A stretch of 49,348 bases of DNA. Origin: an uncultured bacterium (GTDB taxonomy: Bacteria; Babelota; Babeliae; Babelales; RVW-14). Shown in pieces: positions 29,169 through 39,126 of this stretch (positions are counted from its first letter, which is position 1; each line of letters opens with the position of its first letter). Made by a program: the position numbers and the translations under genes. The notes under the pieces were generated by a model. It ran no database searches, was not told the DNA's origin, and was given only the letters and a program-made list of their open reading frames with translations. The stretch covers positions 1 to 49,348 of the forward strand of contig CAVXAT010000018.1 in NCBI GenBank assembly GCA_963759805.1. Reading direction: 5' to 3'.

Positions 29169-30080
29169 ATGGAAAATACAAACCTCAAACCATCGCATAA
29201 AAGTGTTTTAGTTAACGAAGTCTTGCAGTATTTAAACCCCAAACCGGGCAAAACTTATGTTGACGTAACACTTGGCTGTGGCGGGCATACATCCGCTATT
29301 CTTGATTTAGAACCGACTTGTAATGTAATAGGAATTGACTGGGATCAAAAATCAATTGAACAAAACGCCCCAATTTTAAAGGAAAAGTACGGAGACAGAT
29401 TAAACATAATCTGGGGGAATTTTGCACATCTTTACAAATTATTAAAGAATGATGGAATCAAAAACGTCGATGGAATCTTGGCAGACTTTGGCACATCCCA
29501 GCTTCAAATTCAGGAGCGTGAAGGCTTATCATTTATGAAGGATTCACCTTTGGATATGCGTATGTCTAAATCCCATTTTCACACGACAGCAGCCGATATT
29601 TTAAATAAATACACTGAAAACGAGATAGCTAATATACTGTTTGAATATGCTGACGAGAGTTATGCAAGAAAAATTGCCCGCGCGATAATAAATAAACGTA
29701 AAACAGAAAGTTTTAAAACAACTGGTCAACTCGTTGAACTTATTCAGATGATCATACCCAGGTACACAGATAAGGGTAAAAAGCATACACATCCGGCAAC
29801 AAGGACATTCCAGGCTCTACGTATCGCTGTCAATAACGAACTTGAGAATATTAAATCATTCCTACATGCAGGGCTACCTTTTCTTGCCCCAACCGGCAGG
29901 CTTGTTTGCATCAGTTTTCATTCCCTTGAAGATCGCATTGTAAAAAACTTTTTTAAGGATAGAGAATGCTTGCTGGAACTAAAAATTTTAACCCCAAAAG
30001 CAGTAACGGCATCTGACGCCGAATTATCACTAAATCCGTCCGCTAGATCAGCAAAATTAAGAGCTGCTGAAAAGCTCTAA
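29169..30080 (+). CDS. rsmH: 16S rRNA m4C1402 methyltransferase RsmH
   Basis: HKSVL, D.TLG.GGH, PLDMRM, HPATRTFQALRIAVN, SFHSLEDRIVK, RSAKLR. Confidence 0.96.
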   Translation: MENTNLKPSHKSVLVNEVLQYLNPKPGKTYVDVTLGCGGHTSAILDLEPTCNVIGIDWDQKSIEQNAPILKEKYGDRLNIIWGNFAHLYKLLKNDGIKNVDGILADFGTSQLQIQEREGLSFMKDSPLDMRMSKSHFHTTAADILNKYTENEIANILFEYADESYARKIARAIINKRKTESFKTTGQLVELIQMIIPRYTDKGKKHTHPATRTFQALRIAVNNELENIKSFLHAGLPFLAPTGRLVCISFHSLEDRIVKNFFKDRECLLELKILTPKAVTASDAELSLNPSARSAKLRAAEKL

Positions 30081-30108
30081 AATATGAGAACTACGGCTGA
30101 GAAACTAG

Positions 30109-30137
30109 TTGACAAACATATTCTAAACTATTAAATT
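30109..30137 (+). promoter_or_regulatory. Putative sigma70 promoter for spoVG and tRNA-Gln
   Basis: TTGACA-17 nt-TAAATT. Confidence 0.6.
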
Positions 30138-30267
30138 TAAGCTATAAAAAATGAGGTTTTTCGTAATGGACGTCGTAATGGTCGTAATGGTAATGTTGTC
30201 ATCGTAGGGCACGAGGGATGGGTAGAAATAGAGTCACTCGAGGCCGGGTTGAAAACTAAGGAACGGT

Positions 30268-30528
30268 ATGGAGATAACTGAAGTAAAAGTTTTTCCTGCT
30301 AATGAAGGTAAACTTAAAGGATATGCAACTATCATTTTTGATGGTTGTTTTATTGTTCGTGATATGAAAATTATCAAAAGCGACAAAGGTTTATTTGTCT
30401 CAATGCCTTCTCGCAGAAAAAAGGATGGGTCCTTCAAGGATATCGTACATCCACTGAATGCAGACACTAGAAAAATGATCGAAGAAAAGGTTATAGAAGA
30501 GTATAAAAAGGTAGCAGTAGAAGAATAA
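30268..30528 (+). CDS. spoVG: SpoVG-family nucleic-acid-binding protein
   Basis: MEITEVKV, GLFVSMPSRR, FKDIVHPLN. Confidence 0.93.
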   Translation: MEITEVKVFPANEGKLKGYATIIFDGCFIVRDMKIIKSDKGLFVSMPSRRKKDGSFKDIVHPLNADTRKMIEEKVIEEYKKVAVEE

Positions 30529-30541
30529 TTTAAGGTTAGCT

Positions 30542-30616
30542 TGGGGCGTAGCCAAGTGGTAAGGCAGCGGATTTTGGTTCCGCCATTCGGAGGTTCGAAT
30601 CCTCCCGCCCCAGCCA
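30542..30616 (+). tRNA. tRNA-Gln (TTG)
   Basis: 75-nt cloverleaf, anticodon arm GCGGA-TTTTGGT-TCCGC, encoded CCA. Confidence 0.95.
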
Positions 30617-30646
30617 TTTTTTAATCTTTTTTATACTAGGTTTTTT

Positions 30647-31483
30647 GTGAACGACAATATGATTGAAGCAAAAAAAGGAGCTTCCAATTTCGAGGAAGCT
30701 TTTTTCTATTCTGATAATACCTATATCCATCCGTCGGCAATTGTTGGCGAAAAAGTTGAATTGGGTAAAAATGTAAAAATCGGACCATTTTGTGTCATCA
30801 CCGGAAATGTTACGATTGGGGATAACACAAGAGTTCATGCAAATGTTATGGTTGGATTCCCTGCCCAGAATATTGGCACCAAAGAGAGTCTTGGAAAAAT
30901 CGAAATAGGTCAAAACTGTGAACTTCGAGAGTTTGTAACGATTCACGCATCCAAATATCCTGATGGAAGCACAAAAATCGGTAATAACTGTTACATAATG
31001 AATTATTCGCATGTATCACATGACTCAATTCTAGAAGACAATGTTACTTTGATAAATAATGTAAGCCTTGGCGGGCACTCGTACATAGAAAAAAATGCCT
31101 TTTTGATGGCATATGCAGCCACACATCAGTTTTGTCGTGTTGGAACATTTACTGCCCTTGCTCCTTTTAGTGGAGCTCGTCAGGATCTACCTCCATTCTG
31201 CTTATTCAATGAACAACCGGGCGCTTATGCCGGCTTAAATATAATAGCACTCAAACGCGCCGGATTTACCTCTGAAACGATAAATGCACTAAAACATGTA
31301 ACTAAGCTCTTTTATAATGAAAAGATACTTATAACAAAAATCAAAGAGATTGCATTCAATGAATCCTGGGGAAATGACCCGCATGTTCAGCATTTTTTAA
31401 ATTTTATTGAGAACAGCAAGCGCGGTGTATCTATGCGCGCTATCTCCGACCAAAATGGCAAAATTCAACAACAAGAAACTTAG
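30647..31483 (+). CDS. lpxA: UDP-GlcNAc acyltransferase LpxA
   Basis: IHPSAIV hexapeptide repeats, REFVTIH, HVSHD, HQFCRVG, GLNIIALKRAGF. Confidence 0.92.
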   Translation: MNDNMIEAKKGASNFEEAFFYSDNTYIHPSAIVGEKVELGKNVKIGPFCVITGNVTIGDNTRVHANVMVGFPAQNIGTKESLGKIEIGQNCELREFVTIHASKYPDGSTKIGNNCYIMNYSHVSHDSILEDNVTLINNVSLGGHSYIEKNAFLMAYAATHQFCRVGTFTALAPFSGARQDLPPFCLFNEQPGAYAGLNIIALKRAGFTSETINALKHVTKLFYNEKILITKIKEIAFNESWGNDPHVQHFLNFIENSKRGVSMRAISDQNGKIQQQET

Positions 31484-31492
31484 GAATCATCA

Positions 31493-32509
31493 ATGATAAA
31501 ATTAGGTGTTATTGGGCTAGGAAAAATGGGTGGTTATCATGCCTCTATCTGTTTACAACTGCATGGCTTGCAAACCATGCAGCTTGTAGGCGTCGCGGAT
31601 CCAAACGAATCAAATTTTAAAAAAATTGTTGATCCTACAGTAATCAAGTCACAGAATTATGCAGATTGGATAGAAAAAGTTGATGCTGTGATCGTAGCGG
31701 TGCCAACAGATTTTCATTATGCAATAGTAAAAGACTGCCTGAATAAAGGCAAGCATGTTCTGGTCGAAAAACCAATTACAAAAAATTTAATGGAAGCCGA
31801 AGAGCTTATCAGTCTTGCAAAAAAATCTGGCCTCACTCTTCACATAGGACATGTTGAAAGATTCAATGGAGCAGTTCAGGAGTTGAAAAAAATTATAAAT
31901 CAACCATTGATGATTGAAACCCATCGAATGGGCCCATTTGATCCAAGAGTTTCAAAAGACAGCGTGGTTCTTGACTTAATGATTCATGATTTAGATTTAA
32001 TACTACAATTCATTGATTCTCCAGTTAAAGCTCTATCTGCCCAGGGACAAAAAATTTATTCTAACTCCTGTGACGTCGTCTCCGTCCAAATCGGTTTTGA
32101 AAATGGTGCTTTTGCTCATCTTACTGCAAGTAGAGCATCACAGATTAAAAAACGAACAATGGAGATTCAGCAAAAAAACGAACATATCCTCTTGGATTTC
32201 ACAACACAAGACATCTCAATCCACAGACAAATGAACACAAGTACTCAGATCATAGGAATGGAACAACTAAAATACAAGCAAGAATCTCTGGTAGAACGTG
32301 TTTTTGTTTACAAAGACAATCCATTGAAGTTGGAAGTTGAACATTTCTTAAACTCAATTAAAAATAAAACTGATCAAATTCATCCGGAACAGAATTTGAC
32401 GGCAATCAAGCTCACGTTTGATATAGAAAAAATTTTAGGAATTATAGATGATTGCAATAATTGCTGGAACAGGAACACTTCCTGCGCAGGCATGCAAAAG
32501 TCTGCTTAA
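31493..32509 (+). CDS. Gfo/Idh/MocA oxidoreductase (GnnA-like)
   Basis: GxGxMG, HVLVEKP, GHVERFN, VVLDLMIHDLD, ASR; located between lpxA and lpxI. Confidence 0.85.
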   Translation: MIKLGVIGLGKMGGYHASICLQLHGLQTMQLVGVADPNESNFKKIVDPTVIKSQNYADWIEKVDAVIVAVPTDFHYAIVKDCLNKGKHVLVEKPITKNLMEAEELISLAKKSGLTLHIGHVERFNGAVQELKKIINQPLMIETHRMGPFDPRVSKDSVVLDLMIHDLDLILQFIDSPVKALSAQGQKIYSNSCDVVSVQIGFENGAFAHLTASRASQIKKRTMEIQQKNEHILLDFTTQDISIHRQMNTSTQIIGMEQLKYKQESLVERVFVYKDNPLKLEVEHFLNSIKNKTDQIHPEQNLTAIKLTFDIEKILGIIDDCNNCWNRNTSCAGMQKSA

Positions 32510-33299
32510 CCGACAAGAGCAAACTCGAGCGTCCAAACCCTCTGATCTATTTCCCGAGCCATTTTTTGTCATAGTTTTGTTTCCGGAAAACAATCTTGCT
32601 GAACTACAACAAATTGTAGGGGATAAAGCCGAAATCATCTCGCAGGAATGCTACAAAGCCGGACAAGTATTAAATCTTTTAAAACAAAAGGCTACTACTC
32701 ACCTTCTATTTATTGGCAAAGTTGATAAAAGCCATCTTTTAAAAACATTTAAATTCGACTGGCTGGCCGTAAAGCTTTTAGGATCACTGTTATACAAAAG
32801 TGACGCAGCAGTTATGGAACGGCTGGTCAAAGAGCTCGAATCTAATGGCATTTCGGTTTTAAGACAGGATCAAGTACTTAATTCACTCATGGTCAAACCT
32901 GGAATTTTGACAGGAAAACTAACAGATAGTTTGGCCACTGATGTAAAAATGGGAATTGAGACAGCAATAAAACTTTCTCATTTTGATATCGGACAAACAG
33001 TCGTAGTAAAAAATCAGATGATAGTTGCCGTAGAAGCCATTGAAGGCACGGATCAGTGTATAAGCCGTGGAATTAGTTTAGGCAACGGAGGCGTGGTAGT
33101 CTGCAAAGCGGCTCATCAAAACCAAAATCACAAATTCGATCTTCCAACTCTTGGACCCGGGTCTCTGTCGGGAATCTCAAAGGGTGACGTTGCTGTCATT
33201 GCATGGCTGCATGACAAAACCTTTATCGCTCAGCAAGAAGAATTTATCAAAAAGGCCAATGCACTTGGCATCGCACTAGTTTCATATAAACCAGATTAA
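32448..33299 (+). CDS. lpxI: UDP-2,3-diacylglucosamine hydrolase LpxI
   Basis: IIAGTGTLP, GKVDK, DIGQTVVV, AVEAIEGTD, FDLPTLG. Confidence 0.88.
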   Translation: MIAIIAGTGTLPAQACKSLLNRQEQTRASKPSDLFPEPFFVIVLFPENNLAELQQIVGDKAEIISQECYKAGQVLNLLKQKATTHLLFIGKVDKSHLLKTFKFDWLAVKLLGSLLYKSDAAVMERLVKELESNGISVLRQDQVLNSLMVKPGILTGKLTDSLATDVKMGIETAIKLSHFDIGQTVVVKNQMIVAVEAIEGTDQCISRGISLGNGGVVVCKAAHQNQNHKFDLPTLGPGSLSGISKGDVAVIAWLHDKTFIAQQEEFIKKANALGIALVSYKPD

Positions 33300-33451
33300 A
33301 CTTAATCGCTATCACTAAAACTGCTCCAATTTACCGAGTGAATGCTTCTCTTTTATGTTTTTCAGTAAAATATTGCATTTGTAAAAAAATCGCGCTATTT
33401 TTAAAACATGTAGTTTTTTGTTTGTTGGTTTTTGGTAGAAAGGGATATGTT

Positions 33452-34375
33452 ATGAAAAAGTTACTTATGGCGGGAGCCATCTGTTCGTTGGCATTTGCAG
33501 GCTTGAGTGCTCAGAAGGCTGCTCCAGCAAAAACAGATAAGGCTTTACATCATGAGCATCATGCATGGATGAAAAAACTTCACGAGGATATGAAGGGAAA
33601 ATTTGAAGAGTTAGGGAAAACACGTGAAGCCATAGATGCCGCGGTTCAAAAAAATGATGACAAGGAAGCCGCAACTCAAATTTATAATTTTCTTAGCGAG
33701 AAGCATGATATAGCCAAAGAACTTCATGAAAAGTCTAAAGCTCATCATGAAGAGATGCGTAAAAAACATGCTGGTAAAGGACAAGATGTAAATGCTAAGA
33801 AACATCATGAGGGAATGAAAAAGCTTCATGCTGACTTGAAGGCAAAATTAGAAGCGTTAGATGCCATACTCGAAGCCGCAAAAGCTGCCATTGACAAAGG
33901 TGATCACAAAGAAGCCGTAACACAAATTTCTAAATATCTTGATCAAAAACATGAATTAACCAAAGGGCTTCATGATAAGATGAAAAAACATCATGAAGAG
34001 ATGCGCAAAAAACAAGCCGCCGGCAAAGGAGCTGATGTAAACCTCAAGAAACATCATCATGAAGGAATGAAAAAGCTTCATGCTGACATGAAGACAAAAT
34101 TTGAAGCACTAGATGCAACACGCGATTCCATAAAGGAAGCAGTTATCAAGGGTGATATCCATGGAGCAATAGAAGCAATTTCTAAGTTTCTTGCTGATAA
34201 GCATGAAATAACCAAAGACCTCCATGATCAGATGAAAAAACATCATGAAGATATGGAGAAAAAGTTCGCTCAGAAGGGCAAAGCAGAGAAGGGCAAAGTT
34301 GCAAAAAAAACCGCCCCTGCAAAATTTCACAGAGCTCGCAGAAGTAAACCAGTTGAACCAGTCGAAGCTAAATAA
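33452..34375 (+). CDS. Secreted His/Met/Lys-rich protein with three ~82-aa helical repeats
   Basis: Signal peptide MKKLLMAGAICSLAFAGLSA; repeats begin HHxxMKKLH; ten HxxM motifs. Confidence 0.85.
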   Translation: MKKLLMAGAICSLAFAGLSAQKAAPAKTDKALHHEHHAWMKKLHEDMKGKFEELGKTREAIDAAVQKNDDKEAATQIYNFLSEKHDIAKELHEKSKAHHEEMRKKHAGKGQDVNAKKHHEGMKKLHADLKAKLEALDAILEAAKAAIDKGDHKEAVTQISKYLDQKHELTKGLHDKMKKHHEEMRKKQAAGKGADVNLKKHHHEGMKKLHADMKTKFEALDATRDSIKEAVIKGDIHGAIEAISKFLADKHEITKDLHDQMKKHHEDMEKKFAQKGKAEKGKVAKKTAPAKFHRARRSKPVEPVEAK

Positions 34376-34417
34376 ATAATTTGAAGGGTTAAACTAAAAT
34401 ACCTTTCGATTAATTAA

Positions 34418-34459
34418 AAAAGCCCTTGGTCTTGCCGGTAGGCAAAGCCAAGGGCTTTT
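34418..34459. terminator. Bidirectional rho-independent terminator
   Basis: AAAAGCCCTTGGTCTTGCC-GGTA-GGCAAAGCCAAGGGCTTTT. Confidence 0.85.
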
Positions 34460-34507
34460 AGTTTTTTAACATTTAGCTAAATCAGCATTTTCTATTTTTT
34501 CTGGCGG

Positions 34508-37267
34508 TTATTTGCCAAATACAGCATTTTTGATTTTTCCCGGAACCAACTGTATCGGCCCATTATGCGTAACAAACCATCCCAATGCGTAAGGTGCAAG
34601 CCTACTGCCAGCCAATCCCCCCAGAGACGCAAACATGTTTTTCTCAATTGTAGAAATAATTTTTTCGATTAATTCATCATCAAGCCGTTGTGTAACTAAA
34701 TAATCTTTCATAAATATTGCCTCTTCAAGATGTGTCATATAACCTAGTCGTGCGCAGTTTTTTAAGAGAAAATATAACAATTCTCTATTTATCTCTGCTT
34801 TTGAATTACCCCAGCTATTATTTAACATGGAAACTAACATCTTGTTAAGTGAAGAATTTGAGGTAAAAGCCTCTTTAAAAATCATTTTCAAAGAACTAGC
34901 AGCAAATTCAAGATCCTCAGAAAATTCCTCTCCAAGATCCGTAAACATCTCCCTGGTATCCTTACTTATTATGTGTAACCAGGCAAGCCCATCCAAAAAC
35001 TTTCCCCCAGTGTATGTTGCAAAATTTAAAAATGGACCCTGCACCCTTTTTGCAATTGCAGTTCCAAGTGTTCTACCTACACTAGAGGCAATATAGTACG
35101 AAATACAAGCTTCAATATAATAACTTTTCGGTGAAACTCCACCTATTAAACCTGCTTCAATGTTATAATATTCAGGCATATGCGCAGCCCCAGATTTAGA
35201 GTTTAAAGAACCAATGCCATATGTTCCAAAAACCTCTCCTGCATATGAGCTTGAGCCATTTTCATTTACAAGAAGCAATGGAAGCATGGCCTCTGCAAAA
35301 TCTTCTATCATCTCAGGCTTAACTACCCCTAGACTCCAGTGTTCGACTTTTTCAACTAATTCCGGATTTGTATTCTGCCTAATAGCAAACGCAAAGCGGC
35401 TTGTTACTAAGCTTTCGACTTCCATTAGCAAATTATATGTAGAAGTTTTTATGTTCGCATAATTAGGATCCCAATATTGGCCGTTATCCGGCCCAAACAA
35501 TTTGCGATAAAAAATATTATAATATGTCCAAGCACCAACAACTTTACCTAATGATCTTAGAACGCTTTGTGGCTGCCAATTGAAGGCTGATGGGTTTATT
35601 AAAACCCTCAAAGCAGGTAGAGCAACCATAACATTCAAAATCATTGTCTGCGTAAGAGTCACCATATTCAATGGCAAATTACCAAAAATGGACTGCAATA
35701 AGAGATTATCTGCAGCATCCGGACGCTTCATAAAGAAAAACCAAGAGGCCATAAAACTTGAAAATCCCCAGTCAATAGCGTTTGGACTCAAAATTCCTTT
35801 ATTCGACCAATGAGATGCATTGGCCAAAACCGCTTGTTCTTCGCTGTTTAATGGCGTATAATGTCCAATTTTATCTTGAACATTTCCCACATCATGTCTA
35901 TAAAAATCATAGAAACAGTGTGCAACATCATAAGCGTATGCCACTGCTTCAAACAATTTATCAGTCCCTGCAACGAATGATGTTGTACTTCTCTTTAATT
36001 CTGAAAAAACCAGTAACGTACGTTGATATTTCTTAATCTCTTTAAACCAAGAAATGTAAGCTATTTGTATTATCTCAGTCTCTGACAAATCTTTTTCGCC
36101 TTCAACCTTATTTTTTTCTGATTGATAATTTGCAATATATGCCTTAACTTCCAGTTCGAAGACTTTTTCGACCTTATTCAACTCCTCGACGGCTGCATTA
36201 AATTCAGGCTCAATGTAATTAATATAACACAATATTAAATCTTTCGGCTTCCCATTCAAGACATCTGGCATCGCTGAAAGAATATCATTCAAAATTACAA
36301 CTAAATTTTTAGTTTTAGCTTTAAGAGCTGAAATCTCCTGCTGCTCACTCCTTGCATACTTAAAAACACCATAACTAATAAGTTTACGTAGACTACTACA
36401 CAAATCGTATACGTCTTTAAGCGAAAAGACAGCATCAGAATTTTCTGAATCTGCTGCCTCTTTACCATCATTGGAAGTAAAGACATTCGCACCTTGTCCC
36501 CCCGGCATAAGTTGCTGCATAAGTCCATTCATAACTCCGGACAGATCCTCAACACCCTTTGAACTCATCCCCTTTATACGCTTTGGTAAAAACAGGCAGC
36601 AATCAAGGGCTATAGCAGTTTGCAATTTTTCTATTTTCACTAAAACATCATTCAACAATGCTACAATTACATGCTCAGGCATAAGGTTAAAACTGTCGCG
36701 TAAACTTTCAAGACTTCCACGCGCAGCGTTGCATAGTTCAGCGAGCCCATTTCTTATATCAACATCTTCTAAAAACTTATTATATTTTGCTTGTAATGCT
36801 TTAATAAGATCCTGATGTTCCGGCGATAACTTTGAGAAAAACAGTAATTTTCGTTCTTCCTCACGTTTTTTTGCCGCAGCCGCAATTTTGAATATCTCTT
36901 CTAAAAGATTTCGCATGGTATCCGGATCGCCACCATTTTCTCCTGAATTAAAAAGGCCTTGAATTGCGTTGAAAGCCGGATCGCCACCATAATTTTTTTG
37001 AGAAGTTTTGGAAGTTACCTGATCAGCACCAGCGCCTTTGGCTGCAGATTGGTCTTGATTAGCAGGATCTTGAGCTACGGGTTGCTCCTGAACTACAGAT
37101 TCTTGATTGACAGGTTTTTGAGCTATGGATTGTTCTTGAGTTACAGGCTCTGGATCCGCCAGCAAAATATTTTTCTGAAAAACGCTCAGCATCAGCAAAA
37201 TCAAAAACAGTTTATCTGTTTTTTGAAAACGCCAACAACTCCAACCGAACATCATACACCTCGTCAT
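34508..37267 (-). CDS. Large hypothetical protein (signal peptide, helical, membrane-associated C-terminal half)
   Basis: 919-aa ORF; hydrophobic N-terminus, Q-rich repeats, coiled-coil-like region; start uncertain. Confidence 0.8.
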   Translation of the reverse strand: MTRCMMFGWSCWRFQKTDKLFLILLMLSVFQKNILLADPEPVTQEQSIAQKPVNQESVVQEQPVAQDPANQDQSAAKGAGADQVTSKTSQKNYGGDPAFNAIQGLFNSGENGGDPDTMRNLLEEIFKIAAAAKKREEERKLLFFSKLSPEHQDLIKALQAKYNKFLEDVDIRNGLAELCNAARGSLESLRDSFNLMPEHVIVALLNDVLVKIEKLQTAIALDCCLFLPKRIKGMSSKGVEDLSGVMNGLMQQLMPGGQGANVFTSNDGKEAADSENSDAVFSLKDVYDLCSSLRKLISYGVFKYARSEQQEISALKAKTKNLVVILNDILSAMPDVLNGKPKDLILCYINYIEPEFNAAVEELNKVEKVFELEVKAYIANYQSEKNKVEGEKDLSETEIIQIAYISWFKEIKKYQRTLLVFSELKRSTTSFVAGTDKLFEAVAYAYDVAHCFYDFYRHDVGNVQDKIGHYTPLNSEEQAVLANASHWSNKGILSPNAIDWGFSSFMASWFFFMKRPDAADNLLLQSIFGNLPLNMVTLTQTMILNVMVALPALRVLINPSAFNWQPQSVLRSLGKVVGAWTYYNIFYRKLFGPDNGQYWDPNYANIKTSTYNLLMEVESLVTSRFAFAIRQNTNPELVEKVEHWSLGVVKPEMIEDFAEAMLPLLLVNENGSSSYAGEVFGTYGIGSLNSKSGAAHMPEYYNIEAGLIGGVSPKSYYIEACISYYIASSVGRTLGTAIAKRVQGPFLNFATYTGGKFLDGLAWLHIISKDTREMFTDLGEEFSEDLEFAASSLKMIFKEAFTSNSSLNKMLVSMLNNSWGNSKAEINRELLYFLLKNCARLGYMTHLEEAIFMKDYLVTQRLDDELIEKIISTIEKNMFASLGGLAGSRLAPYALGWFVTHNGPIQLVPGKIKNAVFGK

Positions 37268-37496
37268 ATTATTTTTGAATCGTAATTATTTGAATCGTAA
37301 ATTTTTCAAATTTATCAACTAAAAACGCCATAATCCCTGCACCCCAATGGATTTCCAAATGATTATGCCATCAAATACCCGGATGTCAATTAAAATGGCG
37401 GTTCTAAGCCATAAAGGCATGCTCATTAATTGATAGATCCTGAAATAAATTCAAGGTGACAAAAAATAGTGGTTTTTAATTTACAATAGAAAAACA

Positions 37497-38609
37497 CTAC
37501 TCTGTATCATTATTTTTGGCAAAATTTGTAATAAGTCCCATCATGCAAAACAACGAAATTATTGCCGTTCCACCATAACTTATGAAGGGTAAACTTAACC
37601 CCTTAGTTGGAACCAGGCCGGTAGTGACCATAAGATTTATAACTGCCTGCAAACTGATAAATACAACAAAGCCTGTGGCTGTAAAAAATTCAAACGGTCT
37701 TTGTAGTTTCAACGCAAGCCGTAATCCGTATAAACAGAGTAAAAAATACAAACTTACAACGACACAGGAGCCTACAAACCCTGTCTCTTCAGCAATAATT
37801 GAAAAAATAAAATCAGTATGCTGCATTGGCAAATAAAAAAACTTCTGTTTTGAGTTTGATATTCCAAGGCCCCAGAGACTGCCCGAACCGATAGCAATCA
37901 AAGACTGAATTATCTGGAAGCCCTTCCCCTGCGGATCGGCCCACGGGTTTAAAAAAATTAGAATTCGATTTAACCTGTACGATTTAGTTAAAATTAAATA
38001 CACTCCGGCGGGAATCATTAGTACAACAGTTGCAAACAGGTATATCAGGTTAAACTCTGCAACAAACAGTAAAATTACTGAGGTGGCAAAAATAGTGACC
38101 ATCGATCCAAAGTCAGGCTGTTTAAGCAGTACAATTGAAGTTAAGCCCAAAATAAAAAGATATGGCAGATAGCTGTTAACAAATGATCCTGAAACCTGCT
38201 GTTTTTTCTCCAAGAAGTAGCCCATATATATCAGTAAAAACAACTTCAGCAACTCGCTTGGTTGAAAACTGAACCCCGCTATGCTCAACCAACGGTTGGA
38301 ACCGTGACATTTCAACCCCAACTGAGGAACAAAAGTCAGCAGGGTAAGTAAAACTGACCCAATAAAAAATAGTGACGCGTATTTTTTCCAAAACGTTTTT
38401 GGAACCAATGCAAAGCCAAAAAAACCTGCTATTCCTAACAAAAGATAACTTAACTGCTTTTTTAAAAAGTAGGCTGAGTTCCCAAACTTTTCCAAAGCAA
38501 AAACCGAGCTTGAAGAGTATATGAAAATTAATCCGACTAAGGTTAAGCCGACAACCACTAACAAAAATTTCCGCAGATCACTTTTTAAGTGATCAACTAC
38601 TAAAGCCAT
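37497..38609 (-). CDS. ftsW: SEDS peptidoglycan polymerase FtsW
   Basis: IYSSS, RWL..FQPSELLK, QPDFGS, QSLIAIGSG, KFFYLP..HTDFIF, PTKGLSLPFISYGG. Confidence 0.93.
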   Translation of the reverse strand: MALVVDHLKSDLRKFLLVVVGLTLVGLIFIYSSSSVFALEKFGNSAYFLKKQLSYLLLGIAGFFGFALVPKTFWKKYASLFFIGSVLLTLLTFVPQLGLKCHGSNRWLSIAGFSFQPSELLKLFLLIYMGYFLEKKQQVSGSFVNSYLPYLFILGLTSIVLLKQPDFGSMVTIFATSVILLFVAEFNLIYLFATVVLMIPAGVYLILTKSYRLNRILIFLNPWADPQGKGFQIIQSLIAIGSGSLWGLGISNSKQKFFYLPMQHTDFIFSIIAEETGFVGSCVVVSLYFLLCLYGLRLALKLQRPFEFFTATGFVVFISLQAVINLMVTTGLVPTKGLSLPFISYGGTAIISLFCMMGLITNFAKNNDTE

Positions 38610-38641
38610 AACTCTCTCCCCTTTAAAAACAAGCACTCGAA

Positions 38642-39118
38642 TTATTCATAAACTATTTGAATAACCCTACTTAAAACATCATCTGGAATGTAATCAATTT
38701 TTATTTCGCAAACTTTTGGTTTAAGTTCCGGATTTGCAAGCAACGACTTAATAACATCAGGCCACTCAATAAAACTAACATTATTATTTTTATAAAAATA
38801 CTCGTCAAAACCAAGCATCATGAATTCATCAACTGACGCTATGCGATACAGATCAAAGTGATTATAAGTCACGCCATTATCCCCGGAATAAGAGTTCACA
38901 TATCCAAATGTTGGACTCGTAACGCCACTAAGCACACCGCACTGGCATAAGACACTTCTAATCAACGTAGTTTTTCCAGCTCCAAGTGGACCCGTAAACG
39001 TAATTACAGAATATTTTTTTAATAAAGGTATAATCTGTTCTCTTGCTATTTGGTCAACTTGCTCTGAATTAAACTTAAGTTTTACAATCATATGGTTCCA
39101 TACGCCCCATTTTGTCAT
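38642..39118 (-). CDS. tsaE: t6A biosynthesis ATPase TsaE
   Basis: GPLGAGKTT, VTSPTF, HFDLYRI, IEWP; start may be 39091. Confidence 0.93.
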   Translation of the reverse strand: MTKWGVWNHMIVKLKFNSEQVDQIAREQIIPLLKKYSVITFTGPLGAGKTTLIRSVLCQCGVLSGVTSPTFGYVNSYSGDNGVTYNHFDLYRIASVDEFMMLGFDEYFYKNNNVSFIEWPDVIKSLLANPELKPKVCEIKIDYIPDDVLSRVIQIVYE

Positions 39119-39126
39119 GCTGAAGT

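Noticed and set aside
30234..30617. 127-aa minus-strand ORF
   Set aside because: Antisense to spoVG and tRNA-Gln.
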